Assembly (NCBI GenBank): GCA_030704615.1
Contig: CM060734.1
Span: forward strand, 44,578,001-44,642,000
Length of the DNA: 64,000 nucleotides
Origin: Takakia lepidozioides
Lineage: Eukaryota; Plantae; Bryophyta
Direction of reading: 5' to 3'
Position 1 is the first letter of the stretch; every line of letters starts with the position of its first letter. The translations under genes and the position numbers were made by a program. A model generated the notes under the pieces. It saw only the letters and a list, made by a program, of their open reading frames with translations, had not been told where the DNA came from and did not search any database. Below are positions 49,444 through 61,200 of this stretch, in pieces.

Positions 49444-50437
49444 TTTGGTTCTCTCTTCACTCGGAGTGTATGGGCATGTTGGTCGGTTGGCCAGCTGTCG
49501 GGGGCAGTGGTCATTCATAAAAGGGGAGATGGAAACACATCAATGCCCCTCAGGGCATTCTCAATTGCATCCTTGCTTCTAGGGGCTGGGGCAGGTACTG
49601 TCGGTGGTGCACGTCATGACAGCGGAATTCGAGAGGTTAGTGCCTGTAAGGTGCCAGCTTTTTTGGCAAATTTTGAATCTGTAGTAATCAATCTATTGGA
49701 TGTGAGGGGTTTTAAATAGAGTCATGAGCTGCATGTCTCTTAAGGTGTTATGTACTCGGGAAACGTTGTTTGCCGTAGCCTTGTGGCCATTGACCCAAAC
49801 TGAGTGGAACACTAAGGGACGGGAACTACCTTTGTCAGGAGCTGAAGCCCGTATACTTACCTTGGAACAGACAATTAATCCGAGTATTCCAGATATCCTC
49901 TAGAAATCCCTTCACAGAAACATCAATCTGCTGTGTGTGGTTACGACCTCCGAAAGAGGAAGGGGTGAAGTTATTTTGAAAACTCTCACTACTGGACATC
50001 CTTCTGGAAATGTTTTTCCCCGTTCTGCTGTTCCCCTCACCCCACTTTTTTCTGCTCAGTCCAAACAGGGTGCAGGGACTGTGGCCGGCCACAAGGCTGC
50101 AGGATGAGAACAAGTTCATAGACACTCTTCTCTCTTTCTCCTGTTCTATCGTTTCCTATTTGTCTGACGGTATGACTGCTGTTCAACTTGCAGGGTAATA
50201 GGAACAGGGCTAGAGTTGTAGTGCTGATGTCCACGACATGCATCCTACTAGAATGTCACTGCTGGAGGCCATAAATTATCAGACAGTTGTATATCATTGT
50301 TTTCCAGAGTCACTTCTCAACATTGTTGTCTTCTTTCTGACCAGTGTATCTCATTGTGGTGGAGGCAGGTAAGTGATCTGGTGAGCAGGGGTCCAAAGAT
50401 TCGACGTGCTCTTGGCAAACCTTCCCGCAACCTGTGA
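49444..50437 (+). pseudogene. Small plant membrane-protein gene, N-terminus apparently disrupted
   Basis: Open frame ...LSGAVVIHKRGDGNTSMPLRAFSIASLLLGAGAGTVGGARHDSGIRE|GT (to 49635) can splice to 50369-50437 VSDLVSRGPKIRRALGKPSRNL*. It resembles an uncharacterised plant family (AF.VASL..G...SGI..VED...G..IR..LG; from memory). In-frame stop at 49441-49443 and no good upstream ATG. Confidence 0.5.
49752..49945 (-). mobile_element. Short 3' remnant of the same LINE family as 28090-28900
   Basis: Near-identical ACTTACCTTGGAAC.GACAATTAATCCGAGT.TTCC.GATATCCTCTAGAAATCCCTTCA block and ACGTTGTTTGC.GTAGCCTTG tail. Confidence 0.8.
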
Positions 50438-52120
50438 TAATCTTCTCTCTTTCCTCCTTTTGGCCCGTTCCTCTCTCTCTTTTTCTCTCTGATATTTCTG
50501 GGTTGGTTTTCACATCTTTCTTTGAGACCAATATCCACAATTTTCAAAATAAAGTACATTGACTCGTGAAATATGTCCATTATACGTGTCAGCACTTTCT
50601 GATGGAAGTTCAGCCCATGATCTTACTAGCCTTGTCGTATATCAGGGACTGTATTGCTAAAGAATTATTACAGCACATCTATTTTGGTGAATTATGGCAG
50701 AATTCTAAGCTTGACAACTAACTGCATTTTGAAGATCTGTCTTTTGTAACCTCTGCTGCTTTGGTATGTCAACCCTCTCAAACTTCTGAGCCTACCTCCA
50801 CCACCTCTCACCTAATCCTCTCACTTTGATTTGGAAGGTAGCTCGACTGTTGCTCACAACAGCAGTTGACATTGATGAATGATATCTAAATAAATTCTCC
50901 AAATGCTAATTGATTACTCCTGCATTGCATCCCTCAAACAGCTGACCTTGCTGTTTGACCCAGCACCTCTAAGAACCTCTTCCCGGTATGTGTTGAAACA
51001 CAGGAAACCTCTTGCCAGTTTACTAATCTGATCAGACAGACTCATTGCAGACAAGCAGACTCAATTGAAACGCCCAAAAGCTTCAGACATCTTCCTCCAC
51101 ATTTCTCAAATATTTGGATCTGTCGTTGAAATTCACTATTGGTGGAGCATTGGAAGCTTTATGCAGATGTGGCCAGCGAAGAAGGGCTCAACTTCTCAGT
51201 GACTTTGACATCTCTTGGGGTAAAAGTGGTGCAATCTGTACCAGGCAATCAGAGTCTGGAATTCGGTGGAGCGACAACCTCCCATCAAGCTGACAGCTCC
51301 CTTAGCACCATGCGGTCTCCTATGGATGGAGAGGAGACAAGGTTATTTGGAGACACTGCAAGTCCTTCAGAAAAGGGAAATCTAAAGGCCGCCTTTCTTT
51401 TGACAGCATTTCAAAGAAATGACTAAGCCATCCTTCTTCCCACTTCTTCAGTTCCTGGTTCTTTTGTTCTCTCTTCAATTAGATCTATCTTAGTCTTCCA
51501 GGCTTTAGTCTACCAGACTTTCTCTGCCACATCCTACTTCTCCGCTCCCTCCCTTTTCTTTCCCTTGCTTCTGCAGGCTGCTGCTCTTTGGGTCACGAAG
51601 CAGTGCCTTCCTTTGTCAGCCTCTATGGCACTCTTAGGGCCGGGTTCCATGGGCACCCCCAGGAAGGAATCCCCCCTTAAAAATGAGAGGGGGTGGTTCC
51701 ATGGACACCTTTCCATTCACCCCTCCAGATTGGCACCGATTGCTTTGGGCCCCTGAGATAATAATTGATAATTAATATAAGTTTTGGATGGAAATGTCAC
51801 AAGTCATTCCCTCTCCTAAAATCTAACTTACTTTGGATGGAAATCAATGGTATTCTGTAAGGCTGTGGGCTCGCCGCAGGAAAAGACAGCTGTCGGTTAG
51901 GGGCCCCGCGAAATCCGTCTGCCCCCTTGTGAAGGGATAGGGATGAGGGGAGGGCTTTTTGAGCCCCTTAGCAAAGGGCGAATCCGTGGCGCCTCCTAGG
52001 GAATATCCTATTTCGACCACTCATGCCTCGTAAATCCTGGGGCGATTCATGGTGGCGGCGCTTGCTGTTGCCCTTGGAACCCGGCTTTTATTAGTGAGGT
52101 TATTTTTTCCTCTTTTTGTC

Positions 52121-52737
52121 CAGTGTTGGACTGGTATGTCCATTTTTTAATACCAGACTGGTCCTGGTATGAGGGTCCCACCCCTTTTTCATACCAGGCT
52201 GGTATAGGTATCTATACAGGTATGAGCAACTTGGGTATGAATCTGGTATGAGTAGTTGTACTTTGGGCTGTATATGAATATGGTACTGGTATTGCCCTTT
52301 CTCTATAGTGATACTGGGGGGTATGAGCACTGGTATGGTATTTCTACAGCTCACCATACATAGAAATAAATGTAATCCAAGCCGTGAACACTAGGCAAAG
52401 GTAACCCAAAGTAGCACGAAACAGCAAATGAAGTCTAAATTGTAACATGGAGCCTTGAATTAACCAAATTGTAGTACAGGGTATAACTAGCTGCACTAGC
52501 ATATACCTCAATTCGCCATGAACTCACCGCAATACTGGTATCGGGACCATGCTATTCCTCCATATACCCAGACTGGTATGGTATGTGTGCGGGGAATCCT
52601 AAAGCCATACACTCCCCCAGTACGTGTATCACATGGGTACACTGGTTCTTTCATACCCGACTGGTATGTTCTTCAATATATATATTCATACCTGTATTCC
52701 ATACCTAGGTTCAACCAGATATACCAGTCCAACACTG
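52121..52737. mobile_element. hAT-type MITE (ATACC/GGTAT-rich family), complete copy
   Basis: Perfect 17-bp TIR CAGTGTTGGACTGGTAT / ATACCAGTCCAACACTG. 8-bp flanks TTTTTGTC and GTTTTGTC (7/8 TSD). Many internal GGTAT/ATACC subterminal motifs. Confidence 0.88.
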
Positions 52738-54848
52738 GTTTTGTCCGCTTTTTATAAAGTTAATGGGTCACCAACAAAAGACAAAAAAAAAGAACATTTT
52801 TAAAAAAATCAAATTAAAGGCTACAAAATGGTGGAAAAAATAACCACTGGAAGGCCTATGACGTTACTGCCAAAGTAAGGAGTAATTCTTTTTCAAATTG
52901 AGAGGTCTTAAAAATTGGATCCGTTAGTGTAAGGCTTGGATCTCTGGGTTTTGTGGATCGCATAGTCAAGGATGGTTCTTACAAGTGACGAGCTTGGGAC
53001 AGCCCTTCTACCCAACTGTAGTAGAAAGCTTCCATCATCAAAGTTAGAGGGCAGTGAGTGGTGACTATACAAACCTACCAATCAAGTTATTAGATAGTCC
53101 TTGATTTTTACATGAAGTACAATGTGTGCTTCCTAGTGTTCGCGGTATCGGATTTCTGGGCTTTCAGCGACTTTTGAAGCTCGACTACTTACTTTAGTTG
53201 GTTTCCACAATTTGATGTTGCGTGAGGATGAGTGTGATGACACACACACACAGCTGTGGTCGAGAAGAGCCTGCTCCAAAACTACCTGTCAAGGAAGACG
53301 CCTGCGCCAAGTTCGTGATAGCAACATACATACCTACTTACCTGACGCGAGCAAACAAGCGTGGCAGGGAGCACCTGGCAGTAGCAAAATTGCCGCCACG
53401 ACTGCCACGAGCAGCATCATTAGTAGTTCTCCACTAGATTCGCGGTAATTACCTTAATTGCTGCATTGGATCCTTCCCTCAAATCACCACCGTATTCATT
53501 AAGATGCTCGAAGTACAAATACAAATAGATCAGTGCGTTATGTAAGTATTCAACAGTGCTCGCAATCCATTGCATGAGTCTTCGGAAACCATAAGATCAT
53601 ACTTACATCGTTGTACAAAGGAGTCGTGAATGCTTTTTATCGGTTGGATCCATGGCGATGGCGGATGCAAAGAGAGCGGACCGTGTGGGACCCAACTTTA
53701 GCATCGGAGCACGTGCCGCCATGCAAGTCTTTAGGGGGAGGGCCCACGTCGGTAGTGCTGAGGAGCCTGGACAACAGACGTCTCTGTCATTTCTCTATCA
53801 TCCGTCCGTGACTTCACCCTCACATGCCTCCTTCCTGAGGCATTATAGTATGTTAGAGGAGCTTATTTTGTGGCGGGTTACCTTCTATTCTAGTCGGTTT
53901 GACACTCTGAAAGGACAGGAGTAGACACTAGACACCGAATTTTTACCAAGAGCGAGAAGATACTAAAAGCTTGGACATACCTTGAGGTCGTAGCGAAGTT
54001 TCAGGGATGCAGGGTGGATGCGGACCAGACTTTCTGGGACACTTCTGTACGACGACGCTCTTTTTGGTTTCCTGCTGCAGGTCATAGAAGCCAAGCATGT
54101 CTTAGCATATTCTCATTGAGCAAACCGAAGTGGGAGAGAGAGAGATTTGGAAAGGGTGGAGCGTCTTGTGAGCAGGTAGTGTGCCGAGTTCAAGGAAGGT
54201 GTGATGTGGGTCGGTGTTCCAGACATGTCCACAACAGATGTAGAGTGCAAGAGGAATTTTCGGACTCGCATAGGCTGAGCCGGAGGCATTTTTGAAAACT
54301 TAAAATCTAGAGGTGACGAAGATGAATGGAGTAGCGTCGGTGCTGGGAAATCGGCATCAAGGTCACCAGGGGCAGCATGTGAATGGGCACTGAGATATCC
54401 GCAGCTTTCAGCTCAAATCTATTGACCGACCACTATGCCTGGAAAGTTCTAGAGAAAAATGAAGCCCAAACTGGACTTCTGCTGGGACGTCACGGGTAAG
54501 CCTACGGTCTGTAGAGGGTTCTGGGGGATGAGGTATGTGTTGTTTAGAGCTTGATTCTCCTTGCGCGAATGTTTGGGGCTGTTGGACCATTCCAGAACCG
54601 ATTTTTGTGATTTTGAAGCACTCTCATGACCCACAAGTCACGTTTGGTTCAAAACTTGCCGATCTTCCGGCTGTTGAAGGGGCAATCATTACTCCTTTTG
54701 CGGATTGCGATAGAGCTCTGGTGGATTAGAGGGCAAGCTTGGCGCAGTGCATTCCCCGAAAGATCAGGTTAGCGGTTGGAGTCTATGCATCCCCAGTTGG
54801 CTCGAGATTTCCTCCATCTGAAGACATCATCCACTACACTCGCGCAAG

Positions 54849-56636
54849 ATGCTGAAAATCACGGCAATATTGCAAAACTCTTTACAGCCTTTGAGGACAG
54901 CTTTTCGAAGGACGTCATCACGGGTAATTGCTCTAGTCAGCTTTCTGGGGTTGATTCTATTTAGCTTAGTTATTTTGGTGCGGCCATCTTTTCCATACAA
55001 GCTTGCGACTGAGAGTGGCACTATAACCCCTTCTCCGTTGAAGAATGATGTGCCGTTACATGTGCACGACCTTATCAATGCCATAAAAGAGACCACCAAA
55101 GTAGCTGCAGGTGATTTGAGTGATACGCAGATTTTTTCTGCATCAGAAAGGGAGATTTGGCACAGAAATAATCCTTGTCAGAGTCGGTATGAGTTGCGTC
55201 CGATGTATGCCCTGCGTCGACTAGCCAAGGATGTGGATACCAACCCTCAATGGGCTGCAGTTCTGGTAGAGTATGCCAAGCTCCACCGCACGTGCATCCG
55301 GAAGATTGGGAACATCACCGAGTTCTTCCTCCTGAGGAAGTCTGTCGATGGTTGCCAATTTGTGGTGGCAGACACTGCGAGGGGAACTGGATTGGGGAAC
55401 AAGGCTTTGTCTGTCGTATCAGCTATGCTATACGCTGTGCTGACGCGGCGGGTGTTACTCGTGCCTGTGGCAACTGCAATACCAGATGTTATGTGCGAGC
55501 CTTTTGAAGGTTCATCCTGGACAGTGGATCCAAATGGGCTGTTTACTCCAGCTAAAAGCTACCCTCACTTGTGGGCGCAATTGGGGCAGTTCCACAAACA
55601 GATCGATTTTCCCAAACGCGGGTCAGAGAAGAACCCATCCATATATGCTGGAATAGCGGTAGAAGCATGGGATTGCCAGCCACATCCAAGGTTTTTCTGT
55701 GATACTGAGCAGGCGTATTATTCCCAAATGTCTTGGATCTACTTCCGAGAGTGTCTCTACTTTGTTCCGAAGCTTTTTGCGATCCCTTCGTTCCGACCAG
55801 TTTTGGAGGCGCTGTTCCCTGATAGATGGACATTGCCCCACCTGCTACGGTCTGTAATGCTTCCATCCGACCCAGTGTGGAGTCGTGTAAGACAGGTGAA
55901 TGATGTCCATTTAAGGCATGCAGATCGACGAGTGGGCATTCAGGTTCGGTATTTCCATGGGATAGACGACTTCAATCTTCTGCATGGAGTAACAAATGCC
56001 GCAGTTGAGCGATGTGTTGTGGAGTGTGGTCTCTTGCCAAATCCGACCATAGGGAAGAAGTCCTTCGAGCAGGAGACAGCAGTTGGCCCTGGGAATGACA
56101 GTACTTTGCCATCACTGAGCCCTCTGAGAGTCTCCACAGTGTTCATCACATCTCTTCATGAAAGCCTGCGTGACCGACTGACACAGATTTACGTACGCCA
56201 GGCACTACCAAAAGGAGAAGGAGTTGGTGTTATTCAGCTGACACACGAGGACCAACAATACTTCGGAGATGAAGTGGACAGGCAGGCACTTACAGAAATT
56301 CTCAGCCTTAGTTTATCTGACTATTTAGTTTTGACACCCCAGTCTACCTTCGGGGCATTAGCACAGGGTTATGGGGCTCTTACCCCGTGGTTCATAGACA
56401 TCCGGCCAGAGACCAGTACTCCCTGTGTCCGTGGCCACACACCTGAGACCTGTTATCAGATTCCTAATACAAAAATTTATTCTTGTCCCCATGATGTAGG
56501 GGTGAATGGAAAAGTCATAACAGATGTGGTGCCATACATTAAAGACTGTCACTCAATCGAAAAGCCTTTCTCTCTAGTAAATGGAGCGGGTCTAGGATTT
56601 CAGCTTATCGCCTCCAGGAATGAGAGCAGGGGTTAG
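54849..56636 (+). CDS. FUT: GT37 family galactoside 2-alpha-L-fucosyltransferase (xyloglucan/AGP FUT-like), 595 aa, type II membrane
   Basis: N-terminal TM helix; GLGNKALSVVSAMLYAVLTRRVLLV, MCEPFEGSSW, RVGIQVR and ALTEILSLSLSDYLVLTPQSTFGALAQGYGALTPW motifs. Confidence 0.93.
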   Translation: MLKITAILQNSLQPLRTAFRRTSSRVIALVSFLGLILFSLVILVRPSFPYKLATESGTITPSPLKNDVPLHVHDLINAIKETTKVAAGDLSDTQIFSASEREIWHRNNPCQSRYELRPMYALRRLAKDVDTNPQWAAVLVEYAKLHRTCIRKIGNITEFFLLRKSVDGCQFVVADTARGTGLGNKALSVVSAMLYAVLTRRVLLVPVATAIPDVMCEPFEGSSWTVDPNGLFTPAKSYPHLWAQLGQFHKQIDFPKRGSEKNPSIYAGIAVEAWDCQPHPRFFCDTEQAYYSQMSWIYFRECLYFVPKLFAIPSFRPVLEALFPDRWTLPHLLRSVMLPSDPVWSRVRQVNDVHLRHADRRVGIQVRYFHGIDDFNLLHGVTNAAVERCVVECGLLPNPTIGKKSFEQETAVGPGNDSTLPSLSPLRVSTVFITSLHESLRDRLTQIYVRQALPKGEGVGVIQLTHEDQQYFGDEVDRQALTEILSLSLSDYLVLTPQSTFGALAQGYGALTPWFIDIRPETSTPCVRGHTPETCYQIPNTKIYSCPHDVGVNGKVITDVVPYIKDCHSIEKPFSLVNGAGLGFQLIASRNESRG

Positions 56637-58286
56637 TTCCAATCACACAATGTAGAACTTCCCCTTCCTCTGCTGTGAACTAATCCCACGGTCTCATGTA
56701 CAGGTGCCTCACAGGTTTTTCGTTGCAGATTGTACGAGTAACTTTTCAGAGTGGTCTGTCCTAGGTTGTTGGCGAATAAACGACCAATATAGAAAATTTC
56801 GTGTACCATCAATTCATTTAGAAGATTCCCAATAAAGTTGTGTACCATGAACGGCGAAGTTGTATACCCGGGGGTGGCATCTGTTTCATCGAAGAGAGCT
56901 GGGTGAGAAACAAAACAAAGATTTGGAAGGATGGTACAGATGGAGTTATAGAGCTCCATGTATGAGGATGCAAGTGTGTTTAGATCTGTTAGCCGAACTA
57001 TCCTTCAGCTACCATCTGCCTTCATGCGTAGATTCGGAAGTTTCGCTCTGGGAATAGCGAGAGAGGCTCCTGCCTGCACTGTTACGTGGTGTTACTGTCA
57101 CATGTGATCGCCTGACTTATATTTAAGTATTATCGGATTCAGAAGCCGTGAGAACGCGCGCAACACAGAACAATATTGCGGCTTCTTAAGTATATGAGAC
57201 TTGTATGAAGCGTCGACTGACTCCCAGTGCTCCCAACTACCAGGCTGTCCGGATAGAGCCTAGCTGGTCATGAGTAGGTCCCACAAAAAAGGGAGGAATG
57301 AGCAAGATAAACTCTAGACTTCTTGTACCTATCCACCACAAACCTGCCAACAGTTGGGAGTTTTTGAGATAGCAAAGGAGACAGGACCTTCAAAACTTTC
57401 TCCTTTACACAACCTGCCCTGGTCGGCCAACCTCCAAAAGGCATAACCGATGGTAGGACCCGCCTGCAGGTCTCGCTGGAGCTGCAGTCGAAGATTGACC
57501 AGTTTATTGCCACTTGGCATTCTTGGCTTCTCCTTTCTCCTTCAGCGGAAGCATGCAGCTTAGCGATACAACATTGCTGGACTTGAATGCGTGTCTGTCC
57601 GACCTTCTTGTCCACAGCTAAAGTTCACCATCATTCCAGCCCTGGCAAGCATGCATCCATGGAGATTTGGCTTCTTTTCAACACCTCCACTCGAAATCAT
57701 GCTTTGTAGGATGTGTCGCATGCCCAACTTGCTAAGTAATATTTGGAATCTGGATCATCCTTCCAAAACAATCTGTGACATTAAAGTGAGTCCACGATGG
57801 GGTCTGACAAATAGAGGTGCTGCGAAACGTCTTAAAGTCTGCACGTGATTTGCAGCTGGATTCCATATAAAGGTGTGGCTGCTGATGACTCTATCTGTAG
57901 TGAATTAAGCGAAACCCCGCCACCCTTCAAAACAGCAACTATAATACAAAAGCTATGCAACCCCAACCAACGACCATGACCATCATTCTGACAAACTCGT
58001 CCTCCCTTCCTTCTGCGTACAGATCGTCGATTGGTGGAGCATAATCTTGATAACAGTGTCAGAGCAGAATAAATTCTACTGGTGATGTCTTCCAAGATTT
58101 GGGCAGTCTCACACTAGGAAGAATGTCTCTTTATTATGTACAACGATATGTACAAGCCGGGAAACTAATATAGTAAGCCGGAGCCCTTGACTAGTAAGTA
58201 TAATATCGCACTTTGCGATATATCAATCTGTGATGAAGTAACAGGATTACAAGCTCTCCCGTAGAAATATTCTGAAGAAACTAAAC

Positions 58287-61200
58287 TTAACTTCTAAATG
58301 CACTCTGTGTATGTATGCTCTTAGGTTCTTTTTGGATGGTGTCTGAAATCGAATCTCCTAGGGATTTGCCTCTTGTCCACCGGTACAGCATCTCTAGTGA
58401 ATTCTTGGGTTGGTCCATAGGTACCATATGGCCAGCATCATATACCTGCAAAGCAACGATGGAGATCATTATGAGAAAGTGCATGAGACAAAACAGATAA
58501 GTGGATGGATAGATAGGGGACAAGACATCCATACGAAAGACTTTCTGGATGGCATTGATTCTCCAGCCAGAGAGAGAACACTGGTACACTGCGTTCTTGG
58601 CCTCAGTAGACCCAATATTAGAGTTGACAAATAACTCCTGTAGGATTGGTTTCAGGACTACAGGTGCTACTATAAATTACACCATCTTGGCCATAGTTGC
58701 CAGCGCCTTCATGCAGCACCTGGCAGAAAACTAATGTACAAACTGTTTGCTGCCTTCTAACGAAGTTTGACATGAGACAGCTGGGACAAAACATACCTTA
58801 AGAAAATTGAGAGGCCCGTGACCAGTTACTAGTCCAACCTCATTGCCATCCACTTCAAAGGATTTCCAAGGTGCCTTGGCGTATTCTATTTGTCCTGACC
58901 AATTCATGGCTGTCACCCATCTTGAGTTGCCTGTAGAATTTTGAGTTTTGATCAAGACAAGTTCAACCAATACATAAAGAGACAGTACTTGCAAGTGACA
59001 TCCTTTCCATTTCAAAGCTGTCATAACTTGTCAAGCCATGGATCCAGCAGTATAAAACCCTCCTGAACTCATTGAAACACTCAGAATGCAACTACCGACA
59101 GCTCATACTGCAATACTAACTTCACTCTGGTGGATCTGGAACAGGACATGACTGAATATCGCAGAGAAGTATCCAGGATGTGGAAGAGAGAGAGGGGTGA
59201 TGTGATATATTCCAATAGGGTGTGTTAAAACTTACCCAGCCAATTGCAAATCAGATCATACTCCCCAGCATAGACAAGGAGCTCAATGCCATCCTCTAAG
59301 AGTGTTGGGATCCCCTTCTCCAGATTTTTCATCCAGTCAACAATCATAGCTTCATATACTAGGGGACTGCACGATACAAACTTGTGGTCGCCAACACCCA
59401 AGGCATCCCTGACTGATTCTGTATTAAGGTAAGTTTCCAGGTTTGAGAAGTCGTAGCAGAGGTTACCTTCGCATTCCTTCCTGACATCGTAATACTAACA
59501 AACCATCACCCCACAAAAGCACACATTACAAACAATCCTCCACCTAAAGTTAACAGTCGCGAAGGGAAATGATTAAATATGACACCAAAAGCCCACACAT
59601 GCCATCTAAGATGCAGAACACTGTCAGACGGAGAGATGCCTACAGATCAGCAGAATACAAGACTCTCGCATACAAATGCAACATGCTTTTCCAAAACAAG
59701 CTTCCCAGTGGGATAAATAAGCAACCCATTGCCACAAGCGGGTTCAGCCCACTCACATTGATGTTCCCAGCGATCAATAAAATACTGTTGAAAATACTTT
59801 GACAAACAAGGTAGGCTGCAATGCAAGTGACACTTCCTTTGGATCCTGTAACAATAATATCCAGGGCATAATAACATATCAGAATAAGTCACCAGACTGT
59901 CCCAACAACCACAGAGAAGGACAATGACATATATTCAAACAAAAGTGGGAACAAACAGACAAGAGTTGTTCTCATAAGACTGTTTTCTGTAGCCTTGTGG
60001 GCCATAGACCCCGCACCAAATTTTGCCTGAGCTACCCTACTCCCACCATTTCTTAGGGTACATGAGTAACAGCTCAAATTGCCCATGGCACTTGTACACA
60101 GCCAATGACAATAAAGTTGCAAGGACTGGACTGCCAATTTACTCATTTAATACAATACTAGAGGGCATAAGGTTTAATTTATCCTCTCGCCCTCTGGCTT
60201 ACAACTGATGTCCAGAGGTGTGGTTGCACAGTCTGTCGGGGAAAATGAGGTACGAAAGAGAGTGATGGCCACACCTCCCAGCGAGTAGTCCTTCATTAAA
60301 TATAACTCCTTGTTGAAGTACTCCACTTAGTGTTGACAAACACTATTAAAAAACACAACAAAAAACAGGTGTTTCTAACACCAAGGTAATATGAAAATTT
60401 TAATTGAAATTAAGCAGGAAACTCACCACAGATTTTGATAGCTGTAGAGCAAGCTGGAAACAACTTGCTCAATCTGTCATAATCATATTCACCAATAAGG
60501 CCTGTGTCGAGAGCATAATCAGCATATGCTTCATACTGTATGTCTGGTTGTGTGAGACCATTACCAATCGCGAAGCCCTACACAACAATGCCCCAGCCAG
60601 TCAATCCAGGGGTTTCAATATTCTAAAATTCAGATGTCGACAGGTTTTCAGTTTTATGGGTCAAACAATTCAGGTTGTGATTTCCTGACAGGGACACTGT
60701 GCAGCCCGATCATAATGCATGGCCAACTACTTGCCCTGGTTTCCTGTGGAGGCACCAACTTCCTTATCTATTAACTGCACTATGAAACCTCCTTCACCAT
60801 GCCAAATTATACGTTTCACGCCCCGCACCCCCACCCCTCCCCCTCTCGTCCCCTCCACTGGCAGTGGATCCATGGTTTGAGAGGCTGTAGTGAGCACTGT
60901 GGGTACATCCCTCTCTCATTCATAACAAATTCTCACCTTCAAATTGATGGGCACTCCTTCTTTCTTTTTATTGGCCTCATGTAGACGAGCAGTGACTGCT
61001 GGCACATGGTGTCCTGCATAGGACTCTCCTGCCACGAAGAAATTGTTCTTGGCATACTCGGGATGCGCCTGAAAGAATGCCTGTCATGAACCCACATCAA
61101 CCCATCAATCAAAATTAATAAAGAGCACTTCAAAAGACACACCAAGCACCCAAAAAGTCCACCCTTGCCAAAGAGTTCCATGCATTAAAAAAGTTGCAAT

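Noticed and set aside
49852-49870. ATACTTACCTTGG resembling the U1 snRNA 5' end
   Set aside because: No U1 stem-loops, Sm site or USE/TATA promoter. It is the antisense of a donor-like CAAG|GTAAGT inside a LINE remnant that also occurs at ~28171.
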